Positions 1-12,939 of a DNA stretch of 64,000 nucleotides are shown here, piece by piece. The stretch comes from Torpedo marmorata. Taxonomy: Eukaryota. The stretch spans positions 74,214,001-74,278,000 of the forward strand of contig OZ360223.1 in NCBI GenBank assembly GCA_977017645.1, read 5' to 3'. Both the position numbers and the translations under genes were made by a program. Each line of letters begins with the position of its first letter. Positions within the stretch are counted from its first letter, which is position 1. The notes beneath the pieces are model-generated. The model saw only the letters and a program-made list of their open reading frames with translations, was not told the origin of the DNA and searched no databases.

Positions 1-954
1 ATGGCTGTAAATCTATAACCAGGCCCCTCCTCACCTCCAGGAGCTATGTCCATTTCCTCTTCAAAAATCCGAGTATGCCAAGTAATTTAAGCCTGCGGGG
101 TGGACAACGAACCTCCAACGTCTTCTTTCCTTTTCTATTTCAACCTTTTCTTATTCTATTCCTCTCCTTTCTTTCTTTTCGGGGGGTATTGGGTGGGTGG
201 GTTTCTCTTTGTTTGTAATTTTGTTGTTGTTTTTTAGTATAATAGTTAACAGGTGAATTATAGTGACTTCAATCCAACAAATAGTTACTTGGAGGCTAGG
301 TGAGATATCCGTTCATGACCCGTTTCAATTAATTTACTAACAAGTCCAATAGGTTCAAAAACTTTATTTTCACACGATGACTTGTAGCAATCTTCAATGA
401 CTTAAATATCTTCTTTAACAAAATATAAACAATTCTTGATAACGATGCTTAATAATGATTCTTTAAAACGTCTTTAAACTTCCTTTAAACGATTCTTTAT
501 AAATTCCTTTAAACGTTCCTTTAAACGATTCTTTCTAACACTCATTTAAACGGTCAATGAAAGCTATGGCGATCTCACTCACCCTCCTCAAGGTCGCCAT
601 ATTCTACTATACTTCTTCCCCGATTCGCGCATGCTCAAAGCGCATACTCCACCGCGCATGCTCCACGGCGCATACTGCACTCACTTCCCCACTACGCATG
701 CTCCAGCCACTTCCCCACTGCGCATGTTCCCGTCGGCACTCCCGCGCATGCGCAAAGTACTAAATAGGCCCAGCACAGCCTACTAATCTCCGTGTCTCCT
801 CCGAAACCCGCTGAGACCATCGGAACGCAGCGATGAAGGTAAGTAACTAAGCCTATGGCTCTTACACAAATATTATATTTGATAATGTATTACTTTTGTT
901 ATTAATAATATGTTTGGCTTAAAAAAATACAAATAAAATATTCCAAAAAAAAAA
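1..954 (+). mobile_element. 3' UTR and poly(A) end of an L1/Tx1-like LINE, split by a solo LTR at 259-866
   Basis: T-rich then G-rich tract (ttcttttc ggggggtattgggtgggtggg) like the LINE tail at 47790-47900; resumes after 866 and ends aaataaaatattcc + A-run at 945-954. Confidence 0.6.
259..866 (-). mobile_element. Solo LTR of the BEL/Pao-derived family found complete at 35224-40383
   Basis: Aligns end to end with LTRs 35224-35764 and 39845-40383 (t[g>a]tagtgacttcaatcc ... ggctcttaca); flanks tgaat/caaat fit a CpG-decayed 5-bp TSD CGAAT. Confidence 0.92.
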
Positions 955-1554
955 GACTGATAATGCACAAAGATTTGCAATTGTGTTAATGTATTCCCTG
1001 CTTGAGGTGGCAACCAACCTTTCTCATTGTGTCTTGGATTTAATAAACTGAATGTTTTCTTCCAATCTTTCCTTCTGATGTACACATATTCCTTAATTTA
1101 TAAATGTTCTGCTCACTTTTTTTTGCAAGAACACCATCAATTCTTTGGCGACATGTCCTCAATTTATGAGTCTATTTTTCACTCTACTGAGTAAAATGTG
1201 GCTTTCAGCCGAGAGAAAAAAAATCTGCTGAAATACCCATCTGGTTCTTCACTCAGCCTTTACTATTTATGAGATTTCACTTTACAAGAAGTTTTCTGGC
1301 AATGCATGCCTTCTGTAATTGAAGGCGAACGTGTATCTTCTAATATAAGCTCACGCAGAAGCCAAGGCCAGAATGTCAAAAAATTAGTAAGCTATGTTTG
1401 AATTCATCTGGGAAATCTCTTGGCATCAGTATCATTGGTTTTGTAAAACTATCATTGATCAACAAGCTTAAATGACATTTTCATTTTACTCGAGCAAAAT
1501 ATGGTGCATGTTAGTGGAGTCAAGCCTTCCTTGTTTTTATTCTTGACCTCAATA

Positions 1555-2004
1555 CAGCACGTTTCCGATTATCCAAAATGCTTGGGACCGTACCTATCTC
1601 GGTTAAGCGGATTTTTCGGATATTCAGGAATTTTCTCTAAAGCAGCCCAGTAGCATCAGGAGAATACTTGTATCGGCTGTCGCCGATCCCCGACACCTCC
1701 CCATGAGGTCGCCGAGAGTGCGGTATTCAATTCAAATTGTGAGAATGCCACAATGCAATTTATCACAAAGTTGCAGTAACTCATGGCAAAAAATGGCAAT
1801 TTATAAATAAATAATCAGTGCTATCCTTTCCTTCAATGTGTAACCTGTGGACAAATATCTCCTTTGTAAAACTGATTAACTGTAGCCCCACTTGAGCATG
1901 GTGGGTAATTTTTTTTCAAATTGTGACGTCATGTCTCACCCGAAAAAACTTTCGGATATTCGGAATTTAGGTTGATCGTTTTTCGGTTAATCGGAAACGT
2001 ACTG
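1555..2004. mobile_element. Tigger/pogo-type MITE (450 bp)
   Basis: ~25-bp TIRs cagcacgtttccgattatccaaaa / ttttcggttaatcggaaacgtactg; TA on the left, CA (decayed TA) on the right; repeated subterminal ttcggatattc. Confidence 0.85.
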
Positions 2005-3299
2005 CACATGCAAAACAGCTGTTACATCTCTAAAATCCTCAACTTCTGATGAAAGTTTACAAATTTGAATCATTAACTTTGTATTTTTGCTGGCTGAGTT
2101 GCTGAGCATTTGAAGGATCATGTCATCATTATCTCATAGTGTGCAGCAAAACTAACACAAGAAACAGCAAGCACAACTCATGCCCATCATTCTATGCCAG
2201 CTGGACACATTGAAGGGTGAAAAGATATGCATTTGCGAAAATAGCTGGACTCTTTTTCAACGTATAAACCTTTTCCACAGCTTCACATTTTTTCTGAATC
2301 ACATCATGATACAGTGCATGAGATCACCATATGATGATACCTTTCCAATGGAGCTTATCCAACTGTAGCACTTACCACTCTTTCTCCCAAACACAGAAAA
2401 CTTCCCCTCCTCAAATATTTATAAAGTAACGTACACTGAAGAGACAACACAAATGATTCTCTTTGGACACATCCAAAAATTTCATTGGATTGGTGTCCGA
2501 CTTTGCTGAGAAAGGACCAACATTAAAATGTATGCACAGCTCAAAATACCATACCATAAATTGACAATAAAGTTTAATAGAATTTTCTGATTAATGATGG
2601 CACCATTGCTTTCCAAGAATACTTGAAAATAAAAGAAAGAGAAATGGTATTTATTGCAGATGTTAGAATAAAGATGGGGGAGACTCAAGGCCTCTGTGAA
2701 GTTCAAGGCATGCCCCCATTCCACCTCTTCCCACCCTCCTTCAGTTCTACGAGGAAAGAAAATACATTATGCTCTTAGGACCATTGAATGACAGCAGATC
2801 ACCAGACTTCTAGATAGTGAGCCTATTCTTATCACAGACATCTTTGGATTGAGGTTTTAGTTTCCTTCATCCCAACTTTGTATTTATGCCCATCCTTAGT
2901 AACCTCAATGAAAGTAAAACCAACAGTTTGAGTATGATTTTTATAATTGTTAAATTGCATAAAAGAACACTGGGAATGAGTGCTTTCAATATTTGTTTTC
3001 TTACAGACTCTCACATGAAAATAAACCAACAGCATCGATACCAATACTAGTGGCAGGATATTTCACCTTTGGAAACTGATTATACTTGATCAGATCCTAT
3101 TTGATCAATGTGCACGCCAGGCATTCCATTCTTCACTATACTACAGTGATTTGAAGCTGTCCGTTATTTTGTAACATTTTGTAACTGTAATATTTGAATG
3201 TTGCCAAGTTAGAAAGTGATTAACAGTTTCAGATCAGGAATCAAGAACTAAGAGGACTCTTACCAAGTAAATTAATGGGTTTGCTGACTTAACCCACGT

Positions 3300-4628
3300 C
3301 TAAGAGATCGGATATACAATTATTTGGATAGCCAGGAACTGATTAGGGATAGTCAACATGGTTTTGTGAGTGGTAGGTCGTGCTTAACCAATTTTATAAA
3401 GTTTTTCGAGAAAGTTGACAAAGAAAAGGCTGTGGATGTTGTCTACATGGACTTTAGTAAGGTCTTTGACAAGGTCCCACATGGGAGGTTAGTCAGGAAG
3501 GTTCAGACGCTAGGTATTCATGGTGAAGTAGTGAACTGGATTTGACAATGGCTGGATGGGAGAAGCTAGAGAGTAGTGGTGCATGATTGCTTCTCAGACT
3601 GGAGGCCTGTGACTAGTGGTGTGCCTCAGGGATCAGTGCTGGGACCATTGTTGTTTGTCATCTATATCAATGATCTGGATGATAATGTGGTAAATTGGAT
3701 CAGCAAGTTTGCAGATGACACTAAGATTGGAGGTGTTGTGGATAGCGAAGAAGGTTTTCAAAGCATGCAGAGGGATCTGGACCAGCTGGAAAAATGGGCT
3801 GAAAAATGGCAGATGGAATTTAATGCAGACAAGTGTGAGGTGTTGCATTTTGGAAGGACAAACCAAGAAAGGACATACACAGTAAATGGTAGGGCACTGA
3901 GGAGTGTGGTGGAACAGAGGCACCTGGGAATACAGATAGATAATTCCCTGAAAGTGACATCACAGGTAGATAAGTTTGTAAAGAGAGCTTTTGGCATATC
4001 AGCCTTCATAAATCAAAGTATTGAGTATAGGAGTTGGGATGTTATGTTAAAGTTGTATAAGACATTGGTGAGGCCAAATTTGGAGTATTGTGTGCAGTTT
4101 TGGTCACCTTACTACAGGAAATCTATCAATAAGGTAGAAAGAGTGCAGAGAAGATTTACTAGGATGTTGCCTGGACTTCAGGAACTGAGTTACATGGAAA
4201 GGTTAAACATGGAAGGCTTTATTTCCTGGAACGTAGAAGAATGAGGGGAGATATAATAGAGGTATTTAAAATTATGAGGGGGATAGACAGAGTAAATGTA
4301 GATAGGCTTTTTCTATTGAGGGTAGGTGAGATACAAACCAGAGGACATGGGTTAAGGGTGAAAGGGGAAAAGTTTAGGGGGAACATGAGGGGGAACTTCT
4401 TCACACAGAGAGTGAAGAGAGTATGGAATGAGCTGCCAGCTAAAGTGGTAAATGCAGGCTCAATTTTATAATTTAAGAAGAATTTGGACAGGTACATGGA
4501 TGGGAGAGGTATGGAGGGCTATGGACTGGGTGCAGGTCAGTGGGACTAGGCAAAAATATGGTTCAGCATAGACTAGAAGGGCCAAAGGGGCCTGTTTTTA
4601 TGCTGCAATGTTCTATGGTTCTATGGTT
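3300..4628 (+). mobile_element. 5'-truncated CR1 LINE (RT C-terminal half, disrupted)
   Basis: QHGF..GRSCLTN, YMDFSKVFDKVPH, SGVPQGSVLGPLLF, KFADDTK, RPNLEYCVQFWSP, TRGH; ends in the (TTCTATGG)n tail. Confidence 0.95.
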
Positions 4629-5529
4629 AAGTTTGGTAATCAGCTTTCCAGTGAAGTTCCAACTTGGAATATTAGATGTTCATGAAGGTATAAAATTAAG
4701 CTGTTTCACGCCACAAAGTAAATTTCTTTAGGGGGAAAAAATGTCATGTAATGGAGTCCAAATGTGATATACTGAAAATGTATCACCCAACATAATGAAG
4801 TTCCTTTAAAAATCTGAATGTTGAACATCATTTTGGAGGAAAAACAATTTAAAAAAAAAATGAAAGGATTGAAATGAATGAATGCAAATAAAAGCATATG
4901 AGCGCTAATTATCAGGTGACATTCTATTCACATGATATTTAAACTTGATTTTGATGAGCAAAAATGTATAAGAGAATCATTCAGAATTAAGTACTTTATC
5001 AACAGAACTGATCAAATATAAATGAGGTCTCACACTGTTCATCTTTCCGTCCAGTATTATAGGTAAAAGATATTTTAAGAATTTATTGAGATCATGCATT
5101 TGGATATGTTCAAAATTTCATAGGAGAGGCCAATTTTAAAACATGAAGTTAGTTTTGTTGTTTTTCTGATCTTCACTATTTGCCACTGAAGTTTGGTTCA
5201 GTAATAAGCAAGAACCAGGAGTAAGATCACAAATGGAAGTTCATAGTCTCAGCACTCTTTAAATTAACCACTGCTTGTCACTAAAGTATTTATTAGAACG
5301 GGATAAGTTATTCAATCAATAAGCTTTCAGTTCAATCTAAGTTGCACAAACAAATAATTTGTTGCATCAAGTGTTGATGCAAATAATTAGTGGCCTGTAA
5401 TTCTAATGGTCCCTTTGTGCAGTTGAAACAGAGTTCATTGCACAGCCAAATGTAAATTGCAGAGTTAGAAACTGTTGAGAATCATCCTGTGCTGCCTGTA
5501 TCATTGAGGTCTTAAAATTAACAAACAAT

Positions 5530-6430
5530 AAGAATCTGAAGGGACTCAGCCAGTCTGGCATCATGTATAGTTAGAAATAGGCAAGGAACATTTTGGTCAG
5601 GGCCCTTTATTGAGACTAAATTTGTCAACTGGGAGTTCGAACTTAGATCCACAGACAGCGTACTGGTGTTTGGTGAAGCAGTAGCTCAATCTAGGTTAAT
5701 TACCAATGAAAACATAGGCTGGGCAACCTGTTCACTGAGCACCTATGCTCTGTCCATTGGTCCAAGATAGAACTCCTGATTGCCAACCATTTTAATTCCC
5801 CTTACCATTCCTGCACAGACATAGCTGTCCTCAGTCTCATCCATTGTCACTCTGAGACCCAACATAAACTTTAAGAACAACACATCATATTCTTCCTGGA
5901 CAGCCTTGAACACAATGGCATCAATGTTGATTTTTCCAATTTTAAGTGACACCCCCAAACAACCTCAATCTGCTTCTACTTTTTCCATCTCTTCTTTATC
6001 AACTCCCATTCTTTCCTTTCTCTCTAACCTCCCCTCCCTCTTCCAATGGACTCTCCCTCTACCTTCCTCTTCACCTCTCTACCTTCTGTCCAATACCCTA
6101 TCACGTCTTAGCCTATATCCTGTCTCTTCTCCCTCTTCTTTTCCCCTCTTGGTATACATAATATCACTTCTTCCTACTTTAGTCTTGGTAAAGGGTCTTG
6201 ACGCAACTGGGACCATTCTTTTTCTCTCACTGATGCTTCTCAACCCTCTGAGACACATATTCCCCTCTCTGCCATCTGCAGGGACCACTCCCTCCATGTT
6301 TCCTTCATCCACTCATCCCTTCTCACTAATTGCCCCCTTGGTACCTACTACGGTGACCATAGGAAATGGAACACTTGCACCTACACCTCCTCCCTCACCA
6401 GCATTTGGGACCCCAAACAGTCCTTCCTGA
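5530..6430 (+). mobile_element. Decayed Penelope-like fragments (GIY-YIG C-terminus, pyrimidine-rich UTR, pLTR pieces)
   Basis: ANHFNSP...LKEQHIIF..NGINVDFSNF-like remnant at 5780-5945; aagggtcttgacgcaact pLTR remnant at ~6190; inverted pLTR piece at 5530-5620. Confidence 0.7.
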
Positions 6431-6439
6431 ATCTGCAGG

Positions 6440-7560
6440 TTTAAGATGATATATTTGCTTTTGAACTTTGTCTCCATTTATACAGCCCCAAAATACATGA
6501 ATTTCTTTTGCGAAGGCTTTCTTATGTTTCAAAGACATATTCATATACAATAAGGATCATTTAAAACCATCTTAACACTGCACCTTTTATATTATCTTCA
6601 GTCATTCTTCCAACTAAAATACCTCAAAGCATTTTACATGATACTTTTCTGTTACATATTCATCTCTGCCATTGCTTTAGCTTCTATATTGGCTTCCATT
6701 TTTTTAATCCAAGCAACTTTTAGCATTACCCAAGATTGTTGGTATTTCTTGGCAACCGAAGATAAACTCATTGGCCTTCAATAGTGAGTTTCTTATTTCC
6801 CTCTGCAACTCATGATGCATTCCACCCAGATCTGAAGATTTACCTTCATTATTTACAGCCAACCTTCTCAGTATAATCAATCACCCTTGACGATGACTGA
6901 AGTAATACCTTTGCCCTTGGTAAGAAAGATGTAAAGTTGTCAGTTTGTACCTCAGACAAGTCTTCTGCGACATTTTAGTTAGTGTTCTCCCAACCCCTCC
7001 AGTCAATCCATTTTTTAATCATTTATATGACTTCTGCTTTCCCTTTCATATAAAGGGCATCTTACTTTTACTATCTACTTTGCTTTCAGCATTTCCTTTT
7101 TCATTTCTGCTCTGAGGTTCCTACATTCACATTGATTCTTGCAAGTATTATTATCCTGAAATACTCCTCATATTTCATTTTTCAGTTCTTAATGTCTCAA
7201 GGACTTCATTTTCCCCAGAACCTCAATGTTATCCTCAATCAATTTTGACAGTTTCTATCATATTTTTATGCTTATATACTCAACATCTTGTATCATGTTT
7301 TCAGCAAGGTCCATCTAATCACCACTATATGAAAATCCTATGCCTATTTGTGCATGTGCTCACCAATCTTATTGCCACACTATGCTTTTGCACTTACACT
7401 TTGTGAGCACCTTTCCAGAACTTCTTGAACGCTCTCTTAATCTGCTCCACTGCAATATTGTACTGCTTCTTATTTAAATGAGACAATGGAGGTTTCATCT
7501 TAAAAGGCTCTTAAGTGGCCTAATTCTCCACTCCAGGTCCCAGACAAGATACTTCTGTGT
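6440..7560 (-). mobile_element. Highly decayed CR1 ORF2 remnant
   Basis: Minus strand near 6790-6850 resembles KSPGPDGMHPRVL(R)E; EN-RT linker-like sequence around it. Confidence 0.5.
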
Positions 7561-10500
7561 TTTGACATGAACACGAGTAGAAATTGAAGAGGCTGAGGAG
7601 TCACGTGACACAATGGTTGAGATGGCTGCTTAGAACAATGCTCCACGCCGGTGGTATATAATTATCCTTTAAAAAATCACTGTAACAAGTACAAGCTGTT
7701 AAGTGTGCTATGTTGACTCTAAAATTGCACCGGCGTCGTTTCTGAGCAGTTAACTGGTCGGGGTATTTCATGGACCATAATCCTTTGTGGAAGGGACATT
7801 TGGCCATGTTTTGCGCCACTGTGGCGTGCGGGAGAGTTTTATGCGCCATTTTGTTACTTTTCTGTTTAAACGGGGGTTGATGAGTCAGTGTCAAAATATT
7901 GTGATGTATTTGTGTGTTTGTCTTAATTATGACTTCTCTTAATTCAGACAAAATATGTTTCACCACATGGAATATTAACGGACTGGGGAATCCTATAAAA
8001 AGGAGAAAAGTAATGAATAAGCTTAAGAGACAAAAATGGGATGTAGTATTTCTACAGGAAACACATTTATCAGCAGAGGAATCAGTAAAGCTACTGGGTG
8101 GTTTTACAGATCATGTTTTTTACAGTGCAGGGTCAACTAAGAGCAGAGGTGTAATAACACATAAATAGACAGCTGCAGTTTAGATGTGAGAAACAGATCA
8201 AAGATGTAGCAGGGAGAATTCTTATTATTTTGGCAGAAATACGAAAGCAACATATTTTATTTTAGCAAAACATATATGCACCTAATAAAGAAGATGCAGG
8301 CTTTTTTGTGGATCTTGAAAGAAAACTACACTCTATTGGAGCTTATGACATCATACTTGGGGGAGATTTTAATTTGGTAATGGATCCAATCATTGACCAT
8401 AGTAAGATATTATCTAGAACCTCAAAGCCCACTGTGATGGTACAAAAAGTGTGTAAGGCCCTTAGGCTTGTAGATGTTTGGCTCCTTATGAATCCCAGTG
8501 AGAGGGACTACACTTTTTTTTTCTGCAGTTCATAAAACATATACAAGGATTGATTTCTTTCTTATATCTAAGTCACTTACTCAGTCGGTATTTCAATGTG
8601 CAATTGGTAATATTATTATATCAGATCATGCTTGGGTTTGTCTAGAGACAATACCTCAGTATAAGAGAATACAGTCACATAGATGGAGATTTAATTCATC
8701 CTTGTTACAAGATTCAATATTTAGGCAAGCTAAGAGACGACAAATTAAGGAGTATTTAGAGTTAAATACACCTACGGCCTCTTCGGCAGGGATTAATTGG
8801 GAAGCCCGGAAGTCAGTTCTGAGGGGATATACTATTCAACATACTTCTTATATAAAAACCCAGAATAATCAGAAAATTACAAATTTAGAAAATAAAATCA
8901 AAGAGAGTGAGACAAAATTGAAGCAGCAGATGTCATCCAAAGACTTGAGAGAATTAACACGGCTGAAATATCAATACAATCTAATATTATCCCAGAAAGT
9001 AGCATTTTGGCTTTTTAGGGCAAGACAAAGGCAATTTGAATCAGGGGAGAAAGCTGGCAAGCTTCTGGCAAGGTGTATAAAAAAGAAAGAATCAATGTCT
9101 ATCATCCCAGCTATTAGATCAGCAACTGGTGATATTTTGACGACACCTAATATATACGTCTACCTCCAACTCTAGTGAGGACAAAATTGATAGTTTTCTG
9201 AGGCCATTAGGGTTACCTAAGTTGACGAAAGAACAACAACAATACCTTGATTCCGCTATAACATTGGAAGAAATTATATCAGTGATTAAGATGTTACCTA
9301 ATGGGAAAGCTCCTGGTCCAGATGGATTTACTGCGGAATTTTTTAAATGCTATCTGGAGGAGCTAGCCCCACTACTGTTGAATATGTATAATGAGTCTAT
9401 AGAGCGGGGTAATTTACCCCCTACTTTATCAAAAGTGCTAATTACATTGATTCTGAAAGAGGGTAAAGACCCGTGTGAATGTAAGAATTATAGACCAATT
9501 TCCCAAATTCCAATTGATGTGAAAATCTTATCAAAGAATCTTACAAACCGTTTAGATACAGTAATAACTTGCTTGATACATAGTGATCAGGTGGGATTTA
9601 TTAGGGGCCGCAGTTCATCTGATAATATCAGGCACCTTGTGAATATTATGTGGTCGGTGGCCGATAAACAATCACCTACAGCAGCTATTTCACTCGATGC
9701 TGAAAAAGCATTTGATTGGGTGGAATGGGGATATTTGTTTAAGATTCTTCAGTTTTTTGGATTTGGACCCATCTTTTTAAAATGGATTAGATTGTTATAT
9801 AATAACCCTGAGGCAGCGGTTCAAACTAGTGGTTACATTTCACCTTATTTCTCTCTTAGGAGGGGTACCCAACAGGGTTCACCACTTTCCCCAATGTTGT
9901 TCTGTCCAGCATTAGAGCCCCTGGCAGCAGCTATTAGAGAAAATGAGAACTTTTTAGGGATATCTGTGGGAGGACATGTTCATAAACTGATGCTTTATGC
10001 GGATGATATTTTATTATTTGTGTCGGACCCTGGTCGGTCGGTGCTATGTCATTTGAATATTATAAAGTCTTATTCTAGATTCTCAGGTTATAAGGTTATT
10101 TGGACAAAATCAGAAGCATTACCGTTGACTGCTTACTGCCCTGCATCTGCTTTGTACATTATTGCAGAAAATTTCAGGTGATGTAGATAGATGGTCATCA
10201 TTGTACTTGTCAATGTCGGGAAAAGTAAATGCCTTGAAGATGAATAGTATTCCAAAGGTTAATTACCTATTCCAATCGTTACCAGTGCAAATCCCATTAA
10301 CAGATTTTAAGCAATTTGATAAAATAATTAAGGCTTTTATTTGGAATGGTAAATGCCCACGCTTGAAACTTGATAAATTACAATTGCCAGTTGAAAGGAG
10401 GTGGGGCTTAGGTTTGCCAAAGTTAATGTACTATTATTATGCTTTTACTCTTAAGCATTTAGCACATTGGTCTCTCCCTCCGGAGAGAGATCCTCCTTGG

Positions 10501-10933
10501 ATTCATATTGAGTGTTCTGCTCTTCCTCCTATCCCTCCATTACAATGTTTGTCTATCAAGTTACCTCCTGAGGCAAGATTTCACTCAATTATATCACATA
10601 TGCATTTCTTCTGGAATAAGTTAGCCAGATTATTTAAATTTAATTCATATTTGAATGAAGCCTCGAGTATTTGGATGAATCCAAAGTTGTGTATTGATAA
10701 GTCCCCTTTTTTCTGGAGGGAATGGCAAGGGAAAGGTATAAATAAATTGGGAGACCTTTATAATGGTGACAGTTTAAAATCTTTTAAACAGGATGATATC
10801 CCTAGGTCACAATTTTGGAGATATCTTCAACTGCGTCATGTGCTACACACAACTTTTGGTTCTACACAGCAATCCCCACAAGTTGCTATGATACTGTCTA
10901 CTGTACTGGCTGCATATGGTAAAGATCATGAAA

Positions 10934-11044
10934 CACAAATCTTTGATGAAGGGCTCAAGCCCGAAACGTCGGTTATGTATTTCTACCTTTGCTACATAAA
11001 AGACACTGTTTGACCTGCTGAGTTCTCCAGCTTTTGTGTTTTTT
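10934..11044 (+). mobile_element. Penelope pLTR fragment with hammerhead-like motif, inserted in the L1 ORF2
   Basis: ttgatgaagggctcaagcccgaaacgtcggttatgtatttctacctttgctacataaaagacactg; same sequence ends the Penelope ORF at 43956-44054. Confidence 0.85.
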
Positions 11045-11457
11045 GTCTCAGGGGATAAACTTCTGTTGGATCTTAAAAGAGCGTGGGAAATAGACCTGTG
11101 TGGTTTTTGAGATGGAAGAATGGGACAAAATTTGTAAAAATATCAAAACAATGTCAAGAGACCTGAGAGTGCGCCTAATTCAGTTTAAGATTCTGCACCA
11201 TTTTTATTGGACTCCAGCAAGGTTATATAGATTAGGGTTGAAAAATACCCCTGAATGCTCGTGCTGTGAGGCGGATAAAGGGGACTTAGTACATGCCCTT
11301 TGGTCTTGTCCCAGAATTCAAGAATTTTGGATTATGATACATAAGTATATTGGTGAAGTTTCAGGTATTCAAATTCCTTTTTTCCCCCAGACTCTTTGTC
11401 TTGGGAGACACACTTGGGTTATTTGGGGATAAATATTCTCAAAATTGGATTCAGACA

Positions 11458-11573
11458 TCGGTTATGTATTTCTACCTTTGCTACATAAAAGACACTGTTT
11501 GACCTGCTGAGTTTCTCCAGCATTTGTGTTTTTTACTTCAACCACGGTGTCTACAGATTTTCGTGTTTTACTT
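11458..11573 (+). mobile_element. Penelope pLTR fragment inserted in the L1 ORF2 3' end
   Basis: tcggttatgtatttctacctttgc...gtgtctacagattttcgtgttttactt, matching the 10934 and 16971 copies. Confidence 0.85.
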
Positions 11574-12561
11574 AATTATACTTAGAGGTTGGAAGAATTT
11601 GGGGGGAACCATCATTTCAGGAGTAGGCCTCAGAAATGGCCAAAGTGGCAGCGTTTGAACGCATGTCTTACAAACAGTTTGATAAATTGGACATCTATAC
11701 ACAAAAATTGGGCAAATATCTAGGTTTCCTGGGGGGGGAAATAATGGTGGATGTTGTGGTGAAGCATATTAATTAACGGCAGTTTTTTCTGTTATTAGAG
11801 GTCTAAATAAACACATATGGTTATTATATTGATATTTTTTGCTGCCATGTTTGTTTCTATTTTATGGATAAGTTTATGTTTTGTAACTTATGATTTACAT
11901 AACTTTAACACTGACTCAAGGGTTTGGCAAATTTTTTTTTAAAGAACTCAATAAAATTTAAATCATAAAAAAAAGAAATTGAAGAGGCTAAATTGGTTGC
12001 CTTCTCCTTTGGTGCATAATTACCATGGACATTACGGTCAATCCCTTTTTTGTTGCTTCTGACCCACCTCAAAAAATAAAAATATTCAGGAATATCAGCA
12101 GCAAATCCCACATAAACAGTTGCATTAAAAACAAGAAAAATGCCTGTTCATTCTGTTTGGTAAAAATGCCCCAAAACACTTTTCAAACTTCCATCATAGT
12201 GACATTGGAGAGAAAATCATTTTGTTCAGATCAGTTTAGTCAATGCTGGTGTTTTAAAACAAAACTGAAAATATTAAAGTTTGTGGACCCACTCACTTCT
12301 TGATTTATCATGATACACAAGCTCTTAAGTTTTAACTGAAATCAGATGCAATTCTAATGTTGAATTGCTGGGATAGCATCATATAATTTGTGCACCCTAA
12401 TCAGTTTAAATAAAGTTTAGAATGTATTTTACAAGCTTTTCAATTTGAACTATCACTCTCACTCCTGAACTCAAAAATGTGTATTTTTGTTCCAGCCACA
12501 TTGGAAGATGAGACTCATTCCACCAAAAAACATACAAAACAACCTGAAATACAATATCTAC

Positions 12562-12657
12562 CTGTCGAATGTGATGGAGCACCACAAAGCAACACGACTC
12601 CTTGTCCCTCTCGGACAGACACGTTATTTCTCAATTTTCCTTTGAAGTTTTCAAGAT
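12562..12657 (-). CDS. CNTN3: Internal 96-bp phase 1-1 coding exon of a contactin (start of Ig domain 2); CNTN3-like, paralog within CNTN3/4/6 not certain
   Basis: Acceptor cttttctcttgtgcag|AT, donor ACAG|gtagat; reads (Y)[31 protein letters not shown], matching the contactin motif [32 protein letters not shown]; too short for the ORF track. Confidence 0.9.
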
Positions 12658-12939
12658 CTGCACAAGAGAAAAGTGGAAGAGCTATTTTGTAAGATCATGT
12701 CACTTTGAAAGCAAATATTATTTGAATTAATAAACTTCAGAAGTGAATGACAAAAGCAAAACTACAGACATGTGCTCCTTCCTTCAGATGCATTAAAGAA
12801 TAAATTATGGTTCACGTTCACAGGACAGAATAGCATTTTGTGATAACGAATTTGGGAATAAACTATAGATACAAATTTGACATTACATGCACCCGACTTT
12901 ACTGGATTTCACTGGTAGTTCAGCACAGATCAGCATAGG

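Larger units (their letters stand above)
7929..11744 (+). pseudogene. Disrupted L1-type ORF2 (APE endonuclease, RT, C-terminal CCHC)
   Basis: TWNINGL, FLQETH, GGDFN, SDH; KAPGPDGF, SLDAEKAFD, GTQQGSPLSP, LYADD; C..C....HALWSCP; several frameshifts, deletions and two Penelope insertions. Confidence 0.93.
7595..11973 (+). mobile_element. L1/Tx1-like LINE with 5' end, ORF2 and poly(A) but no ORF1; 16-bp TSD
   Basis: TSD agaaattgaagaggct at 7579-7594 and 11974-11989; 5' gaggagtcacgtgaca..gagatggctgc; AATAAA and A-tail at 11950-11973. Confidence 0.93.

Noticed and set aside
430-760. Spaced short repeats (ttctttaaacg; cgcatgctcca) that could suggest a CRISPR-like array
   Set aside because: Degenerate tandem repeats within the LTR, no unique spacers, eukaryotic context
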